From an uncultured virus (IMG/VR IMGVR_UViG_3300024298_000009) (taxonomy: Duplodnaviria > Heunggongvirae > Uroviricota > Caudoviricetes): DNA of 64,000 nt. The stretch lies in IMG/VR virus record IMGVR_UViG_3300024298_000009; one strand, 5' to 3'. The position numbers and the translations under genes are program-made. How positions within the stretch are numbered: position 1 is the stretch's first letter; each line of letters opens with the position of its first letter. A model generated the notes under the pieces. The model did not search any database, was not told where the DNA came from, and saw nothing but the letters and a program-made list of their open reading frames with translations. Positions 42,301 to 52,259 of the stretch are shown piece after piece.

Positions 42301-42781
42301 TAAGGACCAATAGGAATTGCTCGCTCCAATTTGAATTAGTAGGATCGTTCCAGATGATAATTTGTTTAGATAAATTTTTTCCGTTACTATCAACAATATC
42401 TTCAGTTGTTGATATGGTGTCAAATTTTAACAATCCCTTTGACGGAATATTTCTTTTAGGAGTATAACTCAACATCCTAGCAAGTTTTAAAACACTTTCT
42501 TTACGCTCTGCTAGTTCAATAAAATTTTCACGACTAGCTAAGTCAATACGGAAACTTAAACTCTGTCCTAAAAATGCAATGGCGTCAATTAAAGCTAAGT
42601 ATTCGCTTGATTCAATATAATCATTAAAATCTTCAGGATAATTTTCGCGAATATATTCAATAATGACCCTGCGAAGATTTTCAAAGTCGTAGGATTTGAA
42701 GTCAGCATTTTTAAATGTCTGATAAATTCTAGTCCAGTCTTCGTTGAGAATTAAGTTATTTTGTCTTGATGTAGCTGTCAT
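39374..42781 (-). CDS. gp6: baseplate wedge subunit, T4 gp6-like
   Basis: YDFENLR...DFNDYIESSE..ALID..AF, ENFIELAE.KESVLKLARMLSY.P; ESIDSIR.NAP..YYTQNRMITGEDY; follows gp25. Confidence 0.85.
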   Translation of the reverse strand: MTATSRQNNLILNEDWTRIYQTFKNADFKSYDFENLRRVIIEYIRENYPEDFNDYIESSEYLALIDAIAFLGQSLSFRIDLASRENFIELAERKESVLKLARMLSYTPKRNIPSKGLLKFDTISTTEDIVDSNGKNLSKQIIIWNDPTNSNWSEQFLLVLNAAMADNTEFGRSQGSGTIDGIRTEQYRLRTSNRDIPLYTFSKNVAGRRMSFELVSTTFKGKEEIYEEAPTPANQLGFIYKNDNKGPASLNNGFFLMFKQGSLELADFSIAVPTTNEKVSIDAEGINNNDIWLYSLNSVGAQTTEWLQVPNLIGNNIAYNSLVNQVKNIYSVVTKDKDKVDLLFSDGVYGNLPQGNFRIYYRVSNGLSYSITPSDMRGISISIPYVNKLGSAHTLTISMSLKYTVSSSTPSESIDSIRANAPASYYTQNRMITGEDYNLAPLTSSQDILKVKAINRTSSGISRNFDIIDASGKYSSIDVFADDGLIYKNEVETTLGFKFTNKIEIYNFIRNTIEPLIDSTDVFNFYITKYTKILFTDPTSVWNSVTTSTNSSTGYFISGVDSSLLKTGVYTNNTLKYLLPDSIVKFVPPAGKAFKNGKLVTQDLTDPLQKSYIWSKVVRVVGDGTNAGRGVLSTGLGPITFSDNIPSGSVAFQIVPKWVSNLPNAFETEMANLAFSNLNFGLRYDIESAAWKIITAANLDLINSFSLGKAGDTSNSGIDSSWIIAFVKEPDKYVVHVRSMEYIFASIRKNRFYFDSNQKIYDSKTNKVVKDQIKVLGINTDNGLLDYLKQDLVFEISDSIRFEDGYQSTDAIKIAFADSDDDGVIDDPDEFIRIVGEDSANKFLFFQETVDDTGAKIFQYFDNTNNDIVLAAKEIDVKVTDYTDGQLVYFYDIAEDVVKMVDRTTNTFVLQSNFRANIGRAGIKFQYLHHANVDRRIDPSVSNIIDVYLLTRSYDTDFRNYLQGVLTKMPEPPTTESLRIAFGGNLSAIKSISDDIVYHPVSYKVLFGKTADEKLQAIFKIVKNSSKTINDNDLKVRIIAAINEFFDSANWDFGDKFYLSELITYVINSTAPDITNMVIVPRQQSQVFGSLFEIQSRADEIFVSGATVDDIEIVTSINAAEIGAISGTIITSTST

Positions 42782-42798
42782 TTTATAGTCCTATTCAA

Positions 42799-42804
42799 TA
42801 TTTA
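42799..42804 (-). promoter_or_regulatory. late promoter core TAAATA
   Basis: gaTAAATA in the gap ahead of gp6. Confidence 0.55.
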
Positions 42805-42822
42805 TCGCGGAAAATAAACTGG

Positions 42823-43260
42823 TCAGTTAACTGAGTAATTTAACTTGTCAAAGTCAAAAGTCATACGCTCGCTAACATTAAAAGGCAGATATACTAACTC
42901 TGCTTCTATTCGAATTCCTTGATCTGTGCTATCGACAATTACTGAATTAACAGCAATTCTAGGGTCGTAGTTAATAATTTCTTCAACGTCTTTAGCAATT
43001 AATTTTTTTACTTCTTCTGTAAATTGTTCAAATAATAAATCCCAAATGACCGTACCAAATTCTGGGTTTTCTAACTTTTCGCCCTTACGAATGTAAAAAT
43101 GATTAATTAGATCTTGTTTAACAAGATCGATGTCATAGAGTTTATATCCTTTTTTTGTTTCTGCTGAACAAAAACCTTTATAGGTAAATTCTGTAATATT
43201 TTGATTTCCAACAGATGCTATATTACTTGCAACCGTTTTTTGATTATATAATTTTGCCAT
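42823..43260 (-). CDS. gp25: baseplate wedge subunit, gp25/GpW family
   Basis: LVKQDLINHF..RKGEK..NPEFG..IWDLLFE and I..YDPRI motifs. Confidence 0.9.
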   Translation of the reverse strand: MAKLYNQKTVASNIASVGNQNITEFTYKGFCSAETKKGYKLYDIDLVKQDLINHFYIRKGEKLENPEFGTVIWDLLFEQFTEEVKKLIAKDVEEIINYDPRIAVNSVIVDSTDQGIRIEAELVYLPFNVSERMTFDFDKLNYSVN

Positions 43261-43262
43261 AA

Positions 43263-44765
43263 TTAAGCATCCCTATCCGTGTTATCCGGAGTAACAAATT
43301 GTGGCGCTTGATTTTCATGCAAAGGCCACGGTTCGTGCATTGGTATACGTTTCATAATACTTTTAACAGGATCAGGTTTAATATATTTTGTTTTAGCCCA
43401 ATCAAGTGTTCCGTCTGTTACTAAATTGTCATTTAAAGTTAACGGCAATGCTTTTGTAGCAGGTGTTGCAGCTGGACCGTTCATGTCAATAGCACTTGCA
43501 GTTTCAAAGTGGTGAGCACTTTTTATATTGCTGTTTCCTGCTGCTGTAATGTTTGCATCGCCGGTTGCATTTAAATGAATACTTCCTGCTGTTGTTAGAT
43601 ATCCGTTAGCTCCAACAACTAATTCTAAATTAGTAGTTGCATCAATATGAACTGCTCCTAATACACTTCTAACATTAAAGTTTCTTCCTGCTTCTAAATT
43701 AATATCTCTATCAGCACGAATGTTTAAATCTTGTTCAGAGTGAATACTAATGCTATCTTGAGCATAGATATCTATTTTTCCATTGCTGGTTAATTCAACC
43801 CAGGCTGTTCCTCTAGCATTACCAATATAAATCAAATCTTCGGAATTGTGCATCAACAACTGATGGCCTGTTCTTGTACGTACCCTAAAGTATTCGTTAT
43901 AAGGAATATTTTTATCTCCCTTATTTCCTTCGAGATATTCAACTCCTCCTTCACCTGCAGAAGTTTTTCGGTAATATCTGTCATCGCCGTCGTCAAATAC
44001 TAATTGTGTTCCTCCTAGTCGGCCTACCGGAACCGGAGATATTGTTGCAGAATCTTTTCTACCAATATTTGATTTTTTAGCACCGTCTCTTTGATCTAAT
44101 GGACCTGGAGTTAAAATACCAAAAACCATATTTGGTACATTTCGTCTTACGGTAGATGTAGTTACTCCTCGTGCATCATCTTCAATTAACCCTTGTTCTA
44201 AAAATCTATCTGCCATAGGATGCACTGGTTTTTTAATCTTGTCTACCGCAGTACTTTTAGTTAGATCGTTGGCTTTTCTATTGACTTCTGCAACTGGTAA
44301 CGGCATACTAGTTGAATACTTAGATTTATCTGTAGACGAAATATCTACCACATCAGTACCGCCGATTGCTGGAATCATGTTATTGGCAAAACGGCTAGGA
44401 ACACAACCAATAAAATATCCTTCAGAAGGATTGCCATCTACAAATATAACCATTACGGTTACGCCAATATCCGGTGGGGTAAACCACATGCCGTAGGATT
44501 TTTGTGTATCGTGATAGGCATCTGCATTGCCGGTGTTTTTGCCCATAAATTCGTAGGCAGTACTTCCATAAAATGGTGTTAAGTATTTTACAGGATATGT
44601 TTGGCTTTCGTCACCAATTTCGTTTGCAGAATCTCTAAGTAGTGTAACTTCTAATCCCGACATAAAAGAAGGATCAAGATGGCTTACCACCTTAGCAAGA
44701 TAAGGGCCGTTGCCTATGCCTTGACTAGATTTTTGATTCTGCGGTTTTCTAACTGACTCTGCCAT
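43263..44765 (-). CDS. gp5: baseplate central spike, gp5/VgrG-like (OB fold plus beta-helix, no lysozyme domain seen)
   Basis: SYGMWF.PPDIG..V.VIF..G....GYFIGC; RTRTGHQLLM; beta-helix repeats; terminal RIP.HEPW..HE; lies upstream of gp25. Confidence 0.7.
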   Translation of the reverse strand: MAESVRKPQNQKSSQGIGNGPYLAKVVSHLDPSFMSGLEVTLLRDSANEIGDESQTYPVKYLTPFYGSTAYEFMGKNTGNADAYHDTQKSYGMWFTPPDIGVTVMVIFVDGNPSEGYFIGCVPSRFANNMIPAIGGTDVVDISSTDKSKYSTSMPLPVAEVNRKANDLTKSTAVDKIKKPVHPMADRFLEQGLIEDDARGVTTSTVRRNVPNMVFGILTPGPLDQRDGAKKSNIGRKDSATISPVPVGRLGGTQLVFDDGDDRYYRKTSAGEGGVEYLEGNKGDKNIPYNEYFRVRTRTGHQLLMHNSEDLIYIGNARGTAWVELTSNGKIDIYAQDSISIHSEQDLNIRADRDINLEAGRNFNVRSVLGAVHIDATTNLELVVGANGYLTTAGSIHLNATGDANITAAGNSNIKSAHHFETASAIDMNGPAATPATKALPLTLNDNLVTDGTLDWAKTKYIKPDPVKSIMKRIPMHEPWPLHENQAPQFVTPDNTDRDA

Positions 44766-44773
44766 TTATTACC

Positions 44774-47083
44774 TCAAGCAAAATATGTAGGTGGATCTGA
44801 CGGTTCACCCTCATCACCGGCATCATCAGTGTCAACAGGAGATGACGATTCTGGTTTAACTTTATCTGTATTGTACATAAGAGTACTTTGTTTATCTGGA
44901 TCAACTTTGTCATCAAGATCGTTAGGTTGTAGAGGCATTCTAATACACTCTAGTGTTTGTTTAAACAATCCTTCAGAAAAATTATTTTGACATTTAATAA
45001 CTTTATAAATGCCGCTAAAGGGACTATCTGATTCTCCAACAAACAAATAAGTTCCTTTTTCTTCCATTGGTTCAATCGGTGTTCTAAATCTCATATAGAT
45101 GAATGTATCACCTGCTTCATAGTTTGCTGTCCCGTCTTCGGTAATTTGATCTGTGGCTCCTGGGCCTGCAAAATATCCGCCCATGCCGCTATCTACCATC
45201 CAGTAAGGATCTCCAATAATTTCTGCTGAAATTTTTACCATTTCAGCTTGAGAACTTTCAAGGAATGCTTTGTGAAAATTATTAGCAACTACTTGTTCAT
45301 CAGTTAAATTTCCAGAACCGCCAAACGGTAGTTTAATAGCATTTACATCCTGTGCAACCGGCCTACTTCCTGTAGGACTCTTAGCTGCTGTTACTCCTCC
45401 CGATCCTTTTTCAACTTCTGCTTTGTTTTGTTGCGGATCGCCTGATGTTTGTAAATCTTTATTTGCAAGGCGGCCTGCATCTTCAATTCTATTTGATGCA
45501 ACTGCGGTATAAAAAGAATTATTAATTTGTATATCAAATCTTAATAAATCATTATTTGTACCTGTATAGATGTAATTGTATTGTTTAACTATTTGTTCTT
45601 CTAACTGGTCATATCCTAAAGGGACTGCATTAGGATTTGTAAAAACCGAATTATGAATTTTGTATGGCATTACTCTAAAAATAATACGTTTTGAATATTT
45701 TTTAAATTTAGGATCCCAATTCAAAAGCTGTGTTTGAACATCAATTCTAAACCAATTAATCATACCAGTTGGATCAATATTAGATTCTTTTAATGCCTTA
45801 GCTGCATAATCGGATTCTTCAATGGCTTGTGTAATAACTTCTAATATTGATTGTTTTTGAGCATAGTTAAATGTTCTTTCTTTTGCATTTATTGAAACTT
45901 TATCTCTATTAACTTTTCCTGTGCTTTCGTCATATGCATCTTCTGCTTTTGGGGCAACATAGTTTCCTCCTGAGTCTGCCTGGAAATTAAAACTTGCATT
46001 GCCTATAGCGTTTGAAATAAAAAATGCCGGATCGTCCTCTGGATTAGCATAAGATGCACTTTTTGAAATTACTCGTTCATTTGATGTGTTTATTACTGCT
46101 CTGTTGTCTGCATCGTCTGGTCCAACTCCAGGGATTGGATCAAATGAATTTTCTGGAAAATGTATTTCGTACTTGTCTGGGTACGTTTTTAATTCAGGAA
46201 CAGATTTTTGTTCGTGCTCATTAAGAACCGTTGTTAAACTTCTTTCTCTGCCTGCTAATAATTCTTTTACGGTACTTCCTGTGATTGCTATATCAGTTTT
46301 TAATGCTGTGTAGGTTTCAGAAAATCCTTCTTGATTATAAACAATGGCTTCAAATTTATAAGTGCTTCCAGATTCTGTAACATTAAAAGTTGTTTTCTTT
46401 AACAACATTAAAAAGAATTTTGGTTTTATAGAAGCATAGGATTTCATATCTTGATCAAATCCTACAAATTCCATTTTTAAACAATATACTGCTTCTTCAA
46501 GATAACTTGGATATCCTGCTGCCAGAGCCGCAACCTGAAGACTCTGTAAAAACAATCCCATGCTGTAAGGTTCTATAATTTCAAAGGTAAAGTTAATAGC
46601 ATTTGAAGAGCCTGTAGCAGGAGTACCTGTCATTAAGGTATCCATAGAAAAGTTTTGAATAAAGTATTCAGGGGCTCCGTAGGCTGTTGCTGCTCTTTCC
46701 TGATCATATCTTCCGCCAGACGAAAATACAACTTGTTTTTCAACGAATGCAGAATTTCTGTATAGGTAAGGATTATTTGCTTCCTCGGGTTTTAAACATG
46801 CCAACGTCCATAAAACATTATATGATGCAAATTGTTCTAACTGATTAGCAAACCCTCGTTGTTTAGGTTTAATATTTTCTTTGCTACCTGCACTAATAGT
46901 TGCTCTGGCATCAGTTCCTGCAGGTGTTTTTCCCTGCAATAAACTTAACTTTATGTCTGATGAAGTTTTTGCAAAACCAAGTCCAAGGTTTGATGCTGTT
47001 GCAGTTGGATCGATTCCTGTACCGTCTGGTTTAGTTAATGCTGCACCAAATACTTGACCAATGTCTCGTAATCCTAAAGCCAT
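44774..47083 (-). CDS. putative baseplate hub protein (gp27/GpD-like)
   Basis: Position between gp53 and the spike; IIGDPYW and SGIYKV....N.FS.G.FKQTL...R C-terminal motifs. Confidence 0.5.
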   Translation of the reverse strand: MALGLRDIGQVFGAALTKPDGTGIDPTATASNLGLGFAKTSSDIKLSLLQGKTPAGTDARATISAGSKENIKPKQRGFANQLEQFASYNVLWTLACLKPEEANNPYLYRNSAFVEKQVVFSSGGRYDQERAATAYGAPEYFIQNFSMDTLMTGTPATGSSNAINFTFEIIEPYSMGLFLQSLQVAALAAGYPSYLEEAVYCLKMEFVGFDQDMKSYASIKPKFFLMLLKKTTFNVTESGSTYKFEAIVYNQEGFSETYTALKTDIAITGSTVKELLAGRERSLTTVLNEHEQKSVPELKTYPDKYEIHFPENSFDPIPGVGPDDADNRAVINTSNERVISKSASYANPEDDPAFFISNAIGNASFNFQADSGGNYVAPKAEDAYDESTGKVNRDKVSINAKERTFNYAQKQSILEVITQAIEESDYAAKALKESNIDPTGMINWFRIDVQTQLLNWDPKFKKYSKRIIFRVMPYKIHNSVFTNPNAVPLGYDQLEEQIVKQYNYIYTGTNNDLLRFDIQINNSFYTAVASNRIEDAGRLANKDLQTSGDPQQNKAEVEKGSGGVTAAKSPTGSRPVAQDVNAIKLPFGGSGNLTDEQVVANNFHKAFLESSQAEMVKISAEIIGDPYWMVDSGMGGYFAGPGATDQITEDGTANYEAGDTFIYMRFRTPIEPMEEKGTYLFVGESDSPFSGIYKVIKCQNNFSEGLFKQTLECIRMPLQPNDLDDKVDPDKQSTLMYNTDKVKPESSSPVDTDDAGDEGEPSDPPTYFA

Positions 47084-47084
47084 A

Positions 47085-47384
47085 TTATATTCCTAAAAAT
47101 CTTTCTAGATTGCTTTTTTTTGGAAGATAAATTTCTGTTCCGGGTTCAAAATCATATATTGGATCTTTAATAACATCCATATTTCTTTGAACAAAAACCC
47201 ACCATAGTTTTGGTGTTCCATACAAATCATAGGACAATAAATCCGGTCTGTGTTTGTATTGATTTTCTATTTTGTATTTGAAATCATCAGTCTCTGCAGG
47301 AATGGGTCTGATAGACAACAATTCAAGATACAAATTGTTTTGTTTAGTAAGAAAATAAGGTGAACTTTGTCTATACTTTGCCAT
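47085..47384 (-). CDS. gp53: baseplate wedge subunit, gp53/LysM-like
   Basis: HRPDLLSYDLYGTPKLWWVF..RN...DPI.DF..G..IYLP; start reassigned to ATG 47384 (MAKYRQ), just after the upstream stop. Confidence 0.8.
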   Translation of the reverse strand: MAKYRQSSPYFLTKQNNLYLELLSIRPIPAETDDFKYKIENQYKHRPDLLSYDLYGTPKLWWVFVQRNMDVIKDPIYDFEPGTEIYLPKKSNLERFLGI

Positions 47385-47385
47385 G

Positions 47386-48519
47386 TTATAGGAATCCTGT
47401 TGTGTTTGCTGTATTGCCAGAAGCAAAATCTTCTAAACTAAATTGACGTAGTCTTGCTCTGTTATAAATTGGCGATACCGTCACCGAGATAGTACTTAGT
47501 GTCGGTACCCATGTTGGTTGCGACATTGTATCTGTTTGACATTTAATGTATTGAACATCTTCTTTAAAATCAAAACTTGTTGCTTTGATTACTACAGGAA
47601 CGGTGTTGAATACATTACTTCCATAGCCGGTTAGTTGACAAATAATAGGCGGATTACCAACGTTTGGTCCTGTACCATAAAACATTTTAGTAACGGTTCT
47701 TAACCAAGTGGTGGCAGCTATCCAGTAGTAAGCATCTTTTTCAGTTTCAACTGAAAACTCTCCACTAATTTGAATGTCTTCAATAGCACTACTCTTATAG
47801 GCCTGGAATGGATATATATTATGCACAGGATCTAATTGGCTGTAGTTTGCCTTTGAAGATACCGTGATGTTTGGCAAGTATGGCCAAGCGAGTCCGCCGG
47901 TTTCCTTAAGAGTTGCGTCAAACAAAGGAGAGTTAAACAATTCCCAATTGCAGTTGATTCTAACACGCCAATCATTTCCTGGCACTGGTGTCATTGATAC
48001 TACCGCGCCTCGTGTTTGAAATAACTCTGCATTTGACGGTAAGTTTATTCCTCTAGCAAGACTTAGAATATTGTTTAATTGTCCAGCGGCTTTGGAAATA
48101 GCACCTGCAACACCAAGTAGTCCGCCAGCAATATTTCCACCGCCTAATTTATTAAGAGAGGTAGCAATGTCAGAAGTAACGTTACTAATAGCACCAACAC
48201 CCGTACCAACTTTAGATACTAAGTTTTGTGCTTGTCCTGTTATGCCGCCTAATGCTGGAAGGCCGGCGCCTCCAATTGAGCCTGTTAATCCTTTAACGCC
48301 TGCCATTCCTTGGTCAATTGCATTACCAACACCCGCTGTAACTCCATTTAATCCGCTGCCTAATCCGCCGGAAAGACGAGAAGTTACAGAATCTAAATTT
48401 GTTTTAGATAAAGAAGCGGTCATGTTGTTTAAGCCGGCTCCTGCTTGGTTAGCGGCTCCGCTAATACTTTGAGAAACATTGTTAACTAATTGGGCTAATG
48501 GATTAAGCGATAATGGCAT
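47386..48519 (-). CDS. tail tube initiator / baseplate-tube cap-like protein (gp48/gp54-like) with a Gly-rich N-terminus
   Basis: Tube-fold-like C-terminal domain (WPYLPNI..., GNPP.IC.L.GYG..VF..VPVVI..., VPT...ISVTV.P); first gene of the baseplate operon. Confidence 0.55.
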   Translation of the reverse strand: MPLSLNPLAQLVNNVSQSISGAANQAGAGLNNMTASLSKTNLDSVTSRLSGGLGSGLNGVTAGVGNAIDQGMAGVKGLTGSIGGAGLPALGGITGQAQNLVSKVGTGVGAISNVTSDIATSLNKLGGGNIAGGLLGVAGAISKAAGQLNNILSLARGINLPSNAELFQTRGAVVSMTPVPGNDWRVRINCNWELFNSPLFDATLKETGGLAWPYLPNITVSSKANYSQLDPVHNIYPFQAYKSSAIEDIQISGEFSVETEKDAYYWIAATTWLRTVTKMFYGTGPNVGNPPIICQLTGYGSNVFNTVPVVIKATSFDFKEDVQYIKCQTDTMSQPTWVPTLSTISVTVSPIYNRARLRQFSLEDFASGNTANTTGFL

Positions 48520-48538
48520 AAAAAGACTCCGTTTAGTC

Positions 48539-48544
48539 TATTTA
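48539..48544 (-). promoter_or_regulatory. late promoter core TAAATA heading the baseplate operon
   Basis: In the divergent gap 48520-48593, followed by a GGAG Shine-Dalgarno. Confidence 0.55.
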
Positions 48545-48593
48545 TTCTTGTCAAAATGTGCTATTATATTAATAAAAGGGAGATATATACTGA

Positions 48594-49442
48594 ATGAATA
48601 CCGTACCTAAAATTAAGTACCTAACAAACAAAGACTTACTAAGAGAGATACATTTAAGCAAAAATACATACTGCTCATGCACAGATAAAGCATTTTTAGA
48701 GTATGATATGATTGTACCAAACTTGTCCAAAATTAATATCAGGACAATTGCCGAAGCAAAAAGAAACAGAGCTTCTAGGTTAGCAAAAATTAACCACGAA
48801 GCAGCAATGTTAGCGCAAGGTAAAAAAATTCCCGCAAAAGAATTTGAAATAGACTATAAAAAAATTGACAAGAATGATGTAGTCTTTAGAGTTATGACCT
48901 TTGAACATATTCCTCTTGCTCCAGGAAGAAAAAAGACCGTTAAAAATACCAGCGACGGTCATGAAAAAGTAAATTTTCCGCCCTTTCAACATTGGAAATT
49001 TGATACCAACGGTAATCTAATATGTGTTGTAAAAAGCCACTGGAAAGGTGATATTAACACCGGAGCATTTAGCAAAGACCACGGCCAAATGACTAGTAAT
49101 CTAGCTCGAATGTTTTTAAAATTATGTGACCGATATGCGACTAGAGGCAACGTTAGAGGATATACCTATAATGACGAAATGAAAGGGCAGGCTATTTTAC
49201 AGCTAACACAGATAGGACTACAATTTGATGAAAGCAAATCCGATAATCCTTTTGCTTATTATACTGCTGCTGTCACTAATTCATTCGTGCGGATCATTAA
49301 CATTGAAAAACGTAACCAGAACATCAGAGACGACATACTGGAAATGAACGGTATGAATCCAAGTTGGACTCGTCAATGGGGTAGTGGTAGTGGTCCTGCT
49401 ACCGCTCCTGTTACTATCGATAATGGTAATGATTGGGATTGA
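48594..49442 (+). CDS. gp55: late-transcription sigma factor, T4 gp55-like
   Basis: YLTNKDLL.EI, N.RGYTY.DEM, FDE.KS.NPFAYYT....NSF.RI...EK; precedes gp47/gp46 as in T4. Confidence 0.8.
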   Translation: MNTVPKIKYLTNKDLLREIHLSKNTYCSCTDKAFLEYDMIVPNLSKINIRTIAEAKRNRASRLAKINHEAAMLAQGKKIPAKEFEIDYKKIDKNDVVFRVMTFEHIPLAPGRKKTVKNTSDGHEKVNFPPFQHWKFDTNGNLICVVKSHWKGDINTGAFSKDHGQMTSNLARMFLKLCDRYATRGNVRGYTYNDEMKGQAILQLTQIGLQFDESKSDNPFAYYTAAVTNSFVRIINIEKRNQNIRDDILEMNGMNPSWTRQWGSGSGPATAPVTIDNGNDWD

Positions 49443-49467
49443 CCTTTAATAAAAATTATATTAAACT
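49439..49467 (+). promoter_or_regulatory. sigma70-type promoter TTGACC-N17-TAAACT
   Basis: -35 at 49439-49444, 17-nt spacer, -10 at 49462-49467; predicted +1 falls at about the ATG 49474. Confidence 0.5.
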
Positions 49468-49473
49468 CGTCAT

Positions 49474-50484
49474 ATGAATCTATTTAAAAAAGCCGCATGT
49501 TTTACGGATATACACTTTGGATTAAAATCAGGAAGCAGAACTCACAACATTGATTGTGAAGAATTTGTTAAATGGTTTTGTGATACTGCTAAAGAAGAAG
49601 GTGCAGAAACTTGCATCTTCTTAGGCGACTGGCATCACAATCGATCAACTACAGATGTTAGCACTATGAATTATACGGTGTCTAACCTAGAACGATTAAA
49701 CGCATCTTTTGAAAAAGTCTATTTTATTTTAGGCAATCACGATTTGTTTTATAAAGACAAACGAGAAATCAATTCAATTGAATTTATGCGATTGTTTCCA
49801 AATGTAACTCCTATTAAAGAACCCTTTACAGATGGAAATGTAACAATACTCCCTTGGTTAGTAGGAGACGAATGGAAAGATATTCCAAAAATTAAAAGCA
49901 AATATATTTTTGGACATTTAGAATTACCAAGCTTCTACATGAATGCTATGATTCAAATGCCCGATCATGGCCAGTTGCAAAGAAACCATTTTGTAAATCA
50001 AGATTATGTGTTTAGCGGGCATTTTCACAAACGCCAAGCTACAGGAAACATAGTGTATATTGGTAATGCATTTCCGCACAATTACGCCGATGCAGGTGAT
50101 GACGATCGAGGTATGATGTTATTAGAGTGGGGAGGCAAACCCCAATACAAAACTTGGGCTAATCAACCAGTATATCGTACCTACAAGCTAAGTCAAATAA
50201 TTGATACTCCCGACGCATTGTTAAGACCAAAAATGCATTGTCGTGTTACTATTGACTTACCTATTACATTTGAAGAAGCAAATTTCATTAAAGAGCAATT
50301 CATGCCGCAATACGATTTGCGAGAATTAATGCTTATTCCAGAAAAGGTAGAAGTTGAATCGAGTGCTTCGCCTATCGATATTGAATTTGAAAGTGTTGAT
50401 ACCATTGTTATCAATCAAATCAATGCTATTGAAAGCGACACATACGATAAAGGACTCCTATTAGAGATTTATAAAGAACTATGA
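49474..50484 (+). CDS. gp47: recombination endonuclease subunit, Mre11/SbcD-like
   Basis: Metallophosphoesterase motifs DIHFG, GDWHH, GNHD, GHLE, SGHFH. Confidence 0.92.
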   Translation: MNLFKKAACFTDIHFGLKSGSRTHNIDCEEFVKWFCDTAKEEGAETCIFLGDWHHNRSTTDVSTMNYTVSNLERLNASFEKVYFILGNHDLFYKDKREINSIEFMRLFPNVTPIKEPFTDGNVTILPWLVGDEWKDIPKIKSKYIFGHLELPSFYMNAMIQMPDHGQLQRNHFVNQDYVFSGHFHKRQATGNIVYIGNAFPHNYADAGDDDRGMMLLEWGGKPQYKTWANQPVYRTYKLSQIIDTPDALLRPKMHCRVTIDLPITFEEANFIKEQFMPQYDLRELMLIPEKVEVESSASPIDIEFESVDTIVINQINAIESDTYDKGLLLEIYKEL

Positions 50485-52259
50485 TTAAAATTAAGAATCT
50501 AACCGTAAGAAATTTCATGAGCGTGGGTAATCAAACTCAAGCCATCGATTTTGACCGTGGTCAATTAACTCTAGTCTTAGGTGAAAATCTAGATCTAGGA
50601 GGTGATGATTCTGGGGCTCGCAACGGTACGGGCAAAACAACTATCATCAATGGCTTGAGTTATGCGATCTACGGTCAAGCCCTGACTAATATTAAACGTG
50701 ACAACCTTATCAACAAGATTAATCAAAAGGGAATGTTAGTCACAATTAGTTTTGAAAAACACGGCGTTGAATATCACATTGAACGTGGTAGAAAACCAAA
50801 CTTGTTAAAATTTAGCATTAACGGTCAAGAACAAGAATTACAGGACCTTGACGAATCTCAAGGCGATAGTCGAGAAACACAAAAAGCAATTGAAGATGTA
50901 TTTGGTATGAGTCACGAAATGTTTAAACACATTTTAGCGTTGAACACTTATACTGAACCGTTCTTATCAATGAAGGCTGCTGATCAAAGAAGCGTTATTG
51001 AACAATTACTAGGTATTACACTTTTATCAGAAAAAGCAGAAAATTTAAAAGAACAAATCAAACAAACAAAAGATGCTATTACTTCAGAAAATACTAAAAT
51101 AGAAACAATTAAAGCTAGTAATGAACGCATTCAACAAAGCATTGAAGCGTTAGAGCGTAAACAAAAAATGTGGAACGATCAAAAAGAGTCCTCTCTTGAA
51201 AATATACTTAAAAGTATTGATCGTTTAATGCAAATTGACATTGAAGAAGAAATATCAAATCAACGAGCATTAGTTGAATGGAATAAAAACAAAAAAGAAA
51301 AAGATAACCTTAATTCTTTAATTGCTAAACAAACAGCGGCATTAGAAAAAGAACAAAAAGTCCTTTCTAAATTAGAAAAAGAGCTTATTAGTCTTGCAGA
51401 TCATAAATGCCATGCTTGTGGTCAAGAGTTACATGATGACAAACATGAAGAAATGCTTGTAGCAAAAGCTCAACAAGTTGAAGAAAGTAAAGGTTCTATT
51501 AACGAACACTTAGAAGAACTATCAACTCTTAACGAAGCAATGGCATTATTAGGTGAGCTAACTGCTTGTCCAAAAGTAACTTATGACAATTTAGAAGAAG
51601 CACTTAATCATAAAAACACATTAGATGGGTTAGAAAGAGATGCTACTATTAAAGAAGCAGAAGAAAACCCTTATGATGATCAAATCTTAGAATTAAAAAA
51701 TACTGCTGTTCAAGAAATTGACTGGAATAACCTAAACGAACTTGTAAGAGTTAAAGATCATCAGGAGTTTTTACATAAACTTTTAACAAATAAAGATAGT
51801 TTTGTACGTAAACGTATTATCGATCAAAACTTAGCATTCTTAAATCAACGATTAACTCATTATCTAGATAGAATAGGATTGCCTCATATTGTAGAATTTC
51901 AAAATGATCTTAGTGTTATTATTACTCAATTAGGCCAGGACCTAGATTTTGATAATTTAAGTCGAGGTGAACGCAACAGATTGATTTTATCTCTATCTTG
52001 GGCGTTCCGAGATGTGTGGGAAAATCTTTATCATCCTATCAACCTGTTGTTTATTGATGAGCTTGTAGACAGCGGCATGGATGCCAGCGGAGTAGAATCA
52101 AGTATTGCGGTACTTAAGAAGATGACTAGAGAAAGAAATAAAAATGTTTTCTTAATTTCTCACAGAGATGATCTAACAAATCGAGTAAATCATGTGTTAA
52201 AAGTTATTAAAGAAAACGGATTTACCAGTTACAGCAACGATGTGGAGATTATAGAATGA
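50481..52259 (+). CDS. gp46: recombination ATPase subunit, Rad50/SbcC-like
   Basis: Walker A NGTGKTT, coiled coil with CHAC zinc hook, LSRGE signature, LLFIDE Walker B, ISH. Confidence 0.93.
   Translation: MIKIKNLTVRNFMSVGNQTQAIDFDRGQLTLVLGENLDLGGDDSGARNGTGKTTIINGLSYAIYGQALTNIKRDNLINKINQKGMLVTISFEKHGVEYHIERGRKPNLLKFSINGQEQELQDLDESQGDSRETQKAIEDVFGMSHEMFKHILALNTYTEPFLSMKAADQRSVIEQLLGITLLSEKAENLKEQIKQTKDAITSENTKIETIKASNERIQQSIEALERKQKMWNDQKESSLENILKSIDRLMQIDIEEEISNQRALVEWNKNKKEKDNLNSLIAKQTAALEKEQKVLSKLEKELISLADHKCHACGQELHDDKHEEMLVAKAQQVEESKGSINEHLEELSTLNEAMALLGELTACPKVTYDNLEEALNHKNTLDGLERDATIKEAEENPYDDQILELKNTAVQEIDWNNLNELVRVKDHQEFLHKLLTNKDSFVRKRIIDQNLAFLNQRLTHYLDRIGLPHIVEFQNDLSVIITQLGQDLDFDNLSRGERNRLILSLSWAFRDVWENLYHPINLLFIDELVDSGMDASGVESSIAVLKKMTRERNKNVFLISHRDDLTNRVNHVLKVIKENGFTSYSNDVEIIE

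Noticed and set aside
47385..47426. Upstream extension of the gp53-like ORF in the track
   Set aside because: It overlaps the previous gene; ATG 47384 just after that stop is more plausible.
48548..48570. sigma70 promoter for gp55 (TTGTCA ... TATTAT)
   Set aside because: Spacing is only 8-11 nt; an extended -10 (TGcTATTAT) is possible but too weak to call.
51955..51975. LSRGE in place of the LSGGE ABC signature in gp46 as a sign of inactivation
   Set aside because: The signature varies among Rad50/gp46 proteins and all other ATPase motifs are intact.
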